From Candidatus Saccharimonadota bacterium (GTDB taxonomy: Bacteria > Patescibacteriota > Saccharimonadia > Saccharimonadales > UBA4665): a stretch of DNA of 32,000 bases. The notes beneath the pieces are model-generated. The model was given only the letters and a program-made list of their open reading frames with translations. It was not told the origin of the DNA and searched no databases. Location: the NCBI GenBank assembly GCA_016699955.1, contig CP064993.1, positions 480,001-512,000 of the forward strand, in the 5' to 3' direction. Every line of letters starts with the position of its first letter. Positions within the stretch are counted from its first letter, which is position 1. The translations under genes and the position numbers were made by a program. Positions 17,307-23,094 of this stretch are shown piece by piece.

Positions 17307-18155
17307 ATGAGATTACCAGCTGTTGATTACTTAAAAACAAAATGGAAAGCAAAAATATCGCGAAAAGTGATGGTTGTTATGGCTTTCCTAACAATTCTAG
17401 TCATGCCATCGTTGGTAGTATATATGACAACATCTGAGTCACAACAAGTCCTACCGGCAACGTCGATGGGCAATATGTATCTAGCACCGGAGGCGCCGCA
17501 AGCCAAGCAAGGTGATCCTTTGGCTGTCAACGTGCGGATTGAACCTGGTACGCCGATAGATACAGTGGTCGCAAGGCTACAATTTAACCCCGACCAGTTG
17601 ACCTATACATCGGTTTCGTATCAAAATTCACCATTTGCTACCCAAATACCGATAGTCGTCACCAGCAACCGCGTCACGGTAGAGAGTGCAAAATTTGGTA
17701 ACGGCCCCGTGACGGCTGATTCGTTGATTGCGCAGGTCACATTTACTGCCAAACAAACTGGAGTAGCGGAACTGACGCTAAGTGGTGACGCTGCCTATGC
17801 TGGTGTGGCCACTCACCCGACAATTATGGGCGAGGTAGTACCCATAACTACAAGTAACTCCACGCCAGCTTCGGCTGGGCAACCAGTTACAGGTGTAGCT
17901 AGGCAAACTGAAACGGCATCCAGGACTACTGCTAGCGCACCAGTACAATTAACCAAGTCTCTTCTAACTTCGATAGGTCTTTCCGAATACAAAGCCGCAG
18001 CAGTCGCGCCTGTGTTAGCAATTTGTCTCGGTGTTTGTGTGGCTAGTGGCTTCGGCTATGCGCTTTACCGCTTTCTTGCTAGGCGTCGACGTGTACTGGG
18101 CTTAGATAAAAATAAACCCATTATTCACAAACAGGGAGACAATCATGTCGAATAA
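17307..18155 (+). CDS. cohesin-like domain protein with N-terminal signal/anchor and C-terminal transmembrane anchor
   Basis: The N-terminal hydrophobic segment is VMVVMAFLTILVMPSLVVYM. The cohesin-like core reads MYLAPEAPQAKQGDPLAVNVRIEPGTPIDTVVARLQFNPDQLTYTSVSYQNSPFAT...AQVTFTAKQTGVAELTLSGDA. An S/T/P linker is followed by the C-terminal TM segment VAPVLAICLGVCVASGFGYALY and then RFLARRRR. ATG 17307 is preferred over TTG 17289 because of the GAAGAAAGAAG upstream. Confidence 0.6.
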   Translation: MRLPAVDYLKTKWKAKISRKVMVVMAFLTILVMPSLVVYMTTSESQQVLPATSMGNMYLAPEAPQAKQGDPLAVNVRIEPGTPIDTVVARLQFNPDQLTYTSVSYQNSPFATQIPIVVTSNRVTVESAKFGNGPVTADSLIAQVTFTAKQTGVAELTLSGDAAYAGVATHPTIMGEVVPITTSNSTPASAGQPVTGVARQTETASRTTASAPVQLTKSLLTSIGLSEYKAAAVAPVLAICLGVCVASGFGYALYRFLARRRRVLGLDKNKPIIHKQGDNHVE

Positions 18156-18807
18156 ACTACAGCTGTACTGGAGTAAATTTGCTCTGGCACTCGTTAGCGT
18201 GGTTATGGTGGTTGCAGCCGTACCAACGCCATCGGTGTACGCCGCTGCTTGTACGCCGCCAGGAACCAATTACGGTACGGTAACTCAAACATCCAACATC
18301 AGCTCGGCCGGCACCTACCGCATCTGGACGCGAATGGCGGCAGCTAATAGCACGGACAATACTGTTCTGCTCGAAATCGATGGCAACACTTGCTATGTCG
18401 TAGGTGGTAGCAGCGTCCCGACCTATGCCAGTGGCGCTACAAATTACTTCGTTAACAACAAGACAAACTGGATCAGTAAGACTACTGGCGGGACAAATAT
18501 AGACGTATCTTTTACTACGGGCAATCACACAGTAAAGCTAATCGGCAATGGTCCGGGTGTTGTAATTGACCGAGTGCTGCTTACCAAAGACACTACATGT
18601 ACCCCGACAGGTACTGGCAGTAACTGCGCCAGCATCTACTTTGCGGCTGATATCGATCAAAACGGTAGCGTCAACTTCCTAGACTTTAGCCGTCTCGCGA
18701 GCAAATACAACCAAAGTGGGGGTGGCTTGGGGCGGACCGATATTAACCTCGATGGCACGGTTAGCTTTTTAGACCTTAGTCTGATGGCCAACACCTATGG
18801 CCAGTAA
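18145..18807 (+). CDS. secreted CBM-like domain protein with C-terminal dockerin (two EF-hand-like repeats)
   Basis: The signal peptide is ...LALVSVVMVVAAVPTPSVYAAA. The CBM-like pattern is AGTYRIWTRMAAANSTDNTVLLEIDG...FTTGNHTVKLIGNGPGVVIDRVLL. The dockerin duplicates are DIDQNGSVNFLDFSRLASKY and DINLDGTVSFLDLSLMANTY (about 18645-18804). Its start overlaps the stop of the preceding cohesin gene. Confidence 0.7.
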   Translation: MSNKLQLYWSKFALALVSVVMVVAAVPTPSVYAAACTPPGTNYGTVTQTSNISSAGTYRIWTRMAAANSTDNTVLLEIDGNTCYVVGGSSVPTYASGATNYFVNNKTNWISKTTGGTNIDVSFTTGNHTVKLIGNGPGVVIDRVLLTKDTTCTPTGTGSNCASIYFAADIDQNGSVNFLDFSRLASKYNQSGGGLGRTDINLDGTVSFLDLSLMANTYGQ

Positions 18808-19009
18808 ATATATACTTGCAAAAAACTCCCCCTCAGACTTATGTAGGAGCATACATATGCCGCTTTTTTCGGTTTGGGGTTTACGGGCTCTACCTTCCCC
18901 AGACAAACCGCTTTCTGGTTTACTCTTGGCCGACCCCGAAGACGTTGGGGTTTTCGTAAGTCGAGTCAAGGCGATTGGTCATCTGAGGTGAATTTAATAC
19001 ACTAGGATT

Positions 19010-19921
19010 ATGAGTAGTTTTACCAGACGAATACAACGAGTTCCTGCGGTTTCTCCGCCGGCACTGGGTGGCTGGCCAGATGCGACGAACACTGGACCGG
19101 AAGCTGCTGGCTACACCAACTTAACCGCCTGGACAGACGGCTACCTGATCGGACCGACCTATTCAAACACGGTGATCAGTGGCAAGATTTTCGACGGCAT
19201 TGGGCCTCAGGTGACCGGAAACAACGTAACATTTCGTGGTTGTATCATTCGAGAAACGTATCCCAATGGTTTTTTGTTGCGACTGGACGGCACGAACACG
19301 ACATTCGAAGATTGCCGGTTTACGCCCGCAGTTGGTGTGATGCCCCCGGTGAGTTTGGCGGCCTCATATCAGCAGGGAATCAAAATGATCAATGGTGTCG
19401 GCCTTACGGTCCGGCGATGTGAGTTTTGGGGCTTTGGAAATGCTATCGAATTTGAACCATCGAGCGCAACCCAGGCTAACCCGATTCTTGTAGAGGACTG
19501 TTGGATGCACGACGCGGCCGACCAGAGTGGTGATACTTATCATCACGACGGTATATTGTCGTCTTATGCATCGTCATGGGTGAGTGTTGATCACTGTCGG
19601 ATAGTCTCCGGCGGCAACACTAACGCCATCGCTTTCCAGTCAACTGGAGGCCAATGGTCGAAAATTGTAGTGAACAACTGTTTGCTCGGCGGGTTTGGAT
19701 ATACAGTCAATATTGGCGATAGTTTTGGTGGTAATAACATTACCCTTACGAACAATGTGTTTGACACATCTATAGTATGTGACTGGGGTCCATTTAAAAA
19801 TGATTGGTCAGGGTTTACTGGCACAAATGTATGGCAGGGGAACACTTGGGACACGGGGGGTTACTGGTGGCCAACAGATGGCGCTTCGACTGGCGGGCAT
19901 GGTTCTGACTGGGCAGGATAA
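19010..19921 (+). CDS. right-handed beta-helix (pectate-lyase-fold) protein, intact paralog
   Basis: The N-terminus is MSSFTRRIQRVP...GGWPDATNTGP. Repeating N-x-T-F/V-x-x-C turns are present, with CWMHDAADQSGDTYHHDG and NNCLLGG / LTNNVFD. It has no signal peptide. Confidence 0.75.
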   Translation: MSSFTRRIQRVPAVSPPALGGWPDATNTGPEAAGYTNLTAWTDGYLIGPTYSNTVISGKIFDGIGPQVTGNNVTFRGCIIRETYPNGFLLRLDGTNTTFEDCRFTPAVGVMPPVSLAASYQQGIKMINGVGLTVRRCEFWGFGNAIEFEPSSATQANPILVEDCWMHDAADQSGDTYHHDGILSSYASSWVSVDHCRIVSGGNTNAIAFQSTGGQWSKIVVNNCLLGGFGYTVNIGDSFGGNNITLTNNVFDTSIVCDWGPFKNDWSGFTGTNVWQGNTWDTGGYWWPTDGASTGGHGSDWAG

Positions 19922-19959
19922 GCTAGATTACCGCTAATCTGAGCTATATAATAGTTACC

Positions 19960-20856
19960 ATGAGCAGGTTTACGAGACGGCTTCAACAGGGAGTGAGTGG
20001 CTTTAGCGACAGTTTGCGACCAGCTGCGCCGATAATTACCAGCAGCGCTACTGCAACAACTACTACACCGACCATCAATGGGACGGCTGAGCTTGGGACA
20101 ACTGTAGAGATCAGCATAAATAACCATGTATATTCTAGTTCGACCAACGGTAGTGGAGTATGGTCAATCGTAGTCGTAGATACGCTGACACAAGGCAATG
20201 CCTATACGTTGACAGCTTCAGCTCGCAATGCAGCTGGATATGTTTCTAAAGTTGCAGCAACTCAAAACCTGACAGTCAGCGGCTCCGCTGGCACGTTTGC
20301 TGGTACAAAGGTCGCGATCATCGGTGACTCTTTGACCTATCAGGCAGATAATGGTCAATATGATATACCGGCGGCCTTTACCTCGGCTGGCTGGCCAACT
20401 GATGCTACCTGGTTTTACTCTTGGGACGGCAAGAAAATAGCCGAGTCAGATTGGGGCAATCTTACTACCATGCAAAATATTGCGCAATGTCGTTTGGATA
20501 TTGGCGAGCCAGATGTTTGGGTTATTGCGCTTTGTACAAATAATGGTAGTGACTCGGTGCAAAAAATAACTAGCGATATGCAACTGGTATTTAATGCACT
20601 TGGCTCGTCGGCACGCCTACTCTGGGTCAATAAAGGTGATTGGTGGGTTCCACCCGATTCAGACATTAACAATACTATCGCCTCGATGATATCGTCACGA
20701 CCATATTCAATGTTAGCTGACTGGTACAGTGTTGTCGAAAATACTGCCGATCAAACCAACTGGTGGACAGACGGAACTCACATGACAAGATACGGCTACT
20801 CAATACGCAATAATTTCATCGCTGCTAAATCGGTAGAACTTTTTAACCAGGGATAA
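19960..20856 (+). CDS. bacterial Ig-like domain + SGNH/GDSL hydrolase (esterase/deacetylase-type)
   Basis: The N-terminal tag is MSRFTRRLQQ. The Ig-like segment is PTINGTAELGTTVEISINNHVYSSSTNGSGVWSIVVVDTLTQGNAYTLTASARNAAGYVS. SGNH block I is VAIIGDSLTYQ and block V is WWTDGTHMTRYGY. A TATAAT box at 19947-19952 lies 7 nt upstream of the ATG and there is no Shine-Dalgarno. Confidence 0.75.
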   Translation: MSRFTRRLQQGVSGFSDSLRPAAPIITSSATATTTTPTINGTAELGTTVEISINNHVYSSSTNGSGVWSIVVVDTLTQGNAYTLTASARNAAGYVSKVAATQNLTVSGSAGTFAGTKVAIIGDSLTYQADNGQYDIPAAFTSAGWPTDATWFYSWDGKKIAESDWGNLTTMQNIAQCRLDIGEPDVWVIALCTNNGSDSVQKITSDMQLVFNALGSSARLLWVNKGDWWVPPDSDINNTIASMISSRPYSMLADWYSVVENTADQTNWWTDGTHMTRYGYSIRNNFIAAKSVELFNQG

Positions 20857-20959
20857 TATAACCGAGCTTGGCCTACTTAAAGAGCTGAAATAATCCATTG
20901 ATTAATCTTGGTAGCCCTGAAGACGCTAATGTTGATGGTGTTTTGGTCTGTGCGCTTCC

Positions 20960-21073
20960 AATATCTCTGTTATAATCATAACCAGTTAAACTATTATCTA
21001 AAGGGAAGTGAGACAACTATGCCATTCACAGGAACCGGCACCGGCATCCAAAACGCAAACGACGTATTCTTCA
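20960..21073 (+). repeat. copy 1 of a perfect 114-bp repeat (promoter + 5'UTR + first 18 codons)
   Basis: By direct comparison it is identical to 22981-23094. Confidence 0.9.
20968..20976 (+). promoter_or_regulatory. extended -10 promoter element TGTTATAAT
   Basis: It matches the TGnTATAAT consensus exactly, 42 nt upstream of ATG 21019. It lies inside the ORF-track N-terminal extension (TTG 20908), which is therefore rejected. Confidence 0.5.
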
Positions 21074-21572
21074 GCGTCCTTGCTCAAGACCATATCCTTC
21101 GTTATGACAACGCTACTGCCAAATGGATTAATATTCCTCTCTCAGTAGCGACAACAGCCCTAACCGATAACTCAGTTACCGAACCAAAGCTATCTATTAG
21201 CAACGCACCTACTACCAACTACGTCCTTAGCTGGAATGGTTCAGCCATGACCTGGGTTGCTCAAGCCACTGGAGCAGATGCAACCACTACCACAAAAGGT
21301 ATTGTCCAACTAGCCGGTGATCTCGCTGGTACTGCTGCTGCACCAACTGTACCAGGACTGGCTGGTAAAGCAGCGACGGTGCATACGCATGCTCAAGCTG
21401 ACGTCACAGGACTAGTCGCTTCACTTGCCGCCAAAGAGGCGACAATCACAGCTGGGACTACTTCTCAATATTATCGTGGTGATAAATCATGGCAAACCCT
21501 AGATAAGTCAGCTGTTGGCCTTGCTAACGTCGATAATACTTCAGATGCTAGTAAACCGGTTTCGACTGCGAC
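21019..21572 (+). repeat. copy B of the 553/554-bp near-identical dispersed repeat
   Basis: See 13127-13679. This copy carries A4 and keeps the reading frame. Confidence 0.9.
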
Positions 21573-22887
21573 GCAGACTGCCTTAAACGCCAAGGCTAGC
21601 ACAACAACAACCATAACTGGGACTACTTCACTAACAGGAGGCGGCGACTTATCTGCTAACCGAACACTAACGCTTGTCAATGACAACGCAAGTCCAGGTG
21701 CTGATAGGTACTATGGTACAAATGTTGGCGGTACGAAGGGTTGGTATGCACTTGCAGGTGGTGGCTCATCAGGGCAGTTTGGCTACATCTTCCTTGACGA
21801 TCAAGCCGGTGCTACTGACGATGATAAACTGACCGCTGCCATTGCCGCACAGCAATCTACCAACGGTATGCCACCTATTGTACTAGGTGCCAGGAGTCAT
21901 TCCTTTAACCAGACTCGTACTCTATACTCTGGGCTTAAGCTTATAGGCCAATCTACTGGTCCAAAAAACCTTGAACAAAACCCTAACTTTGTAACCTCTC
22001 GTATTGTACTAGGTGCGGCAGTCTCATCAGGCGCAAGCAGTTGGTGGGTGACCCCAGGAGGAAACTTATTTGACATATACATGGCAGATTTTGCTGTAAA
22101 CGGTAACGAAGGCGCCTCTGTCCACCAGTTCATGGATGTAAACAGTGGAACACTATACGCGTGTGAGTTCCATAGCTTGGCATTTGACTTCATGCGATCA
22201 GTATTGGGACGCAAAGATCGCACCTTCTTAATGACACAAGTTGTACTTTCTGGCCACTGGACAGCAAATAATCTGTGGGATACGCAGTTTCACCTCGGTG
22301 GGTCAGATAACTCACTGTGGATGGGTGGCATGATTAACATGGGACCATCAGCATCCCCAGCACAGACAGGAACCTATGCCGATAATGATTACGAATTTAT
22401 GTTTAACAATATGTCAAAGACAAATGTAGGGTACATATACATGACTGCACTTAACGGATGGCGAGGTATTCGTGTTCAAGGAACTTCTTCTTTCCTGACG
22501 TTCTATGGTGGTGTATATGAGGGTTACAACGCGGGGACACCTGCACCGGGTACAGTTATACGTCTTGAAGGTGGAGTTGGTTCATTCTATGGTCCTAACA
22601 TCGGTCAGGGAATGGGCAGCCCGGATGCGGCTGAAGGTGGTCTTGTTCACATCACCGGTGGTGAATGGAACTTCTACGGACCGATATTTTACCGAGGTAA
22701 CATGACAGACACAACCCCTTGTATCTACCAATCTGGGGGCCGTGTTCACGTCACAGGGGCAACACGCCGCCAGAGTGAGACTTGGACTGCACGCCCTGTA
22801 CTAGATACTGGAGCTGCAGGTGGAAATACAGCTGGTACAGGAACCTACACGACATACGTTCCCGATCTTTCTATGAACGTCACCTAA
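21019..22887 (+). CDS. tail-fibre-like protein with tailspike/depolymerase-like beta-helix C-terminal domain (mosaic gene)
   Basis: The protein starts MPFTGTGTGIQNANDVFF and carries the fibre motifs GIVQLAGDLAGTAAAPTV, HTHAQADV, YYRGDKSW and VGLANVDNTSDASKPVSTATQTAL. The C-terminal 365 aa or so (AGATDDDKLTAAIAAQQ...) are homologous to the C-terminus of 23040-24491. An AAGGGAAGTGAG Shine-Dalgarno is present. Confidence 0.8.
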   Translation: MPFTGTGTGIQNANDVFFSVLAQDHILRYDNATAKWINIPLSVATTALTDNSVTEPKLSISNAPTTNYVLSWNGSAMTWVAQATGADATTTTKGIVQLAGDLAGTAAAPTVPGLAGKAATVHTHAQADVTGLVASLAAKEATITAGTTSQYYRGDKSWQTLDKSAVGLANVDNTSDASKPVSTATQTALNAKASTTTTITGTTSLTGGGDLSANRTLTLVNDNASPGADRYYGTNVGGTKGWYALAGGGSSGQFGYIFLDDQAGATDDDKLTAAIAAQQSTNGMPPIVLGARSHSFNQTRTLYSGLKLIGQSTGPKNLEQNPNFVTSRIVLGAAVSSGASSWWVTPGGNLFDIYMADFAVNGNEGASVHQFMDVNSGTLYACEFHSLAFDFMRSVLGRKDRTFLMTQVVLSGHWTANNLWDTQFHLGGSDNSLWMGGMINMGPSASPAQTGTYADNDYEFMFNNMSKTNVGYIYMTALNGWRGIRVQGTSSFLTFYGGVYEGYNAGTPAPGTVIRLEGGVGSFYGPNIGQGMGSPDAAEGGLVHITGGEWNFYGPIFYRGNMTDTTPCIYQSGGRVHVTGATRRQSETWTARPVLDTGAAGGNTAGTGTYTTYVPDLSMNVT

Positions 22888-22922
22888 ACATTTCCTAGCA
22901 ATCTAGTAAATTTAAATGATAA

Positions 22923-22960
22923 TTAACCCCAGCTCGGCGCTTACAGCTAGCTGGGGTTAA
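22923..22960 (+). terminator. stem-loop terminator candidate (12-bp perfect stem)
   Basis: TTAACCCCAGCT (22923-22934) pairs with AGCTGGGGTTAA (22949-22960) around a 14-nt loop. TCCATAATCTTTTC follows. It lies between the stop at 22887 and the next promoter. Confidence 0.5.
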
Positions 22961-22980
22961 TCCATAATCTTTTCACTTCT

Positions 22981-23094
22981 AATATCTCTGTTATAATCAT
23001 AACCAGTTAAACTATTATCTAAAGGGAAGTGAGACAACTATGCCATTCACAGGAACCGGCACCGGCATCCAAAACGCAAACGACGTATTCTTCA
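22981..23094 (+). repeat. copy 2 of the perfect 114-bp repeat (promoter + 5'UTR + first 18 codons)
   Basis: It is identical to 20960-21073. Confidence 0.9.
22989..22997 (+). promoter_or_regulatory. extended -10 promoter element TGTTATAAT
   Basis: This is the same element as 20968-20976, 42 nt upstream of ATG 23040. Confidence 0.5.

Noticed and set aside
18808-19009. 202-bp intergenic region with small ORFs (18797-18991 +, 18769-18969 -) and imperfect hairpins (CGGTTTGGGG...CCCCAGACAAACCG; ACCCC-N9-GGGGTTTT at about 18933-18954) as a possible sRNA or terminator
   Set aside because: The stems are short or bulged and I recognise no RNA family. The ORFs lack start context and motifs. The hairpin may be a weak terminator for the cohesin/dockerin genes, but I cannot support a call.
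14825-20000. Tat (twin-arginine) signal peptides in the MS-x-F-x-RR-LQ proteins
   Set aside because: The RR pair is not followed by a hydrophobic h-region or an A-x-A cleavage site. The sequences continue with polar residues (e.g. RRLQRTQQTTSAIWPD).
20908-21018. N-terminal extension of the 21019 gene from TTG 20908 (ORF track)
   Set aside because: The extension contains the extended -10 element and the SD shared with the 23040 gene. The conserved protein family starts at MPFTGTGTG.
11484-21483. RGD motifs (11484-11492, 11985-11993, 13582-13590, 21475-21483) as integrin-binding adhesion sites
   Set aside because: They are embedded in the conserved fibre repeat (Y/F)LRGDGTW / YYRGDKSW and are most simply a structural part of that repeat. 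There is no evidence for a eukaryotic host context.
13127-21572. Diversity-generating retroelement (template/variable repeat pair)
   Set aside because: No reverse transcriptase ORF is in the window. The differences between the near-identical copies are T/G, C/A and a 1-nt indel, not the adenine-specific pattern expected of DGR mutagenesis.
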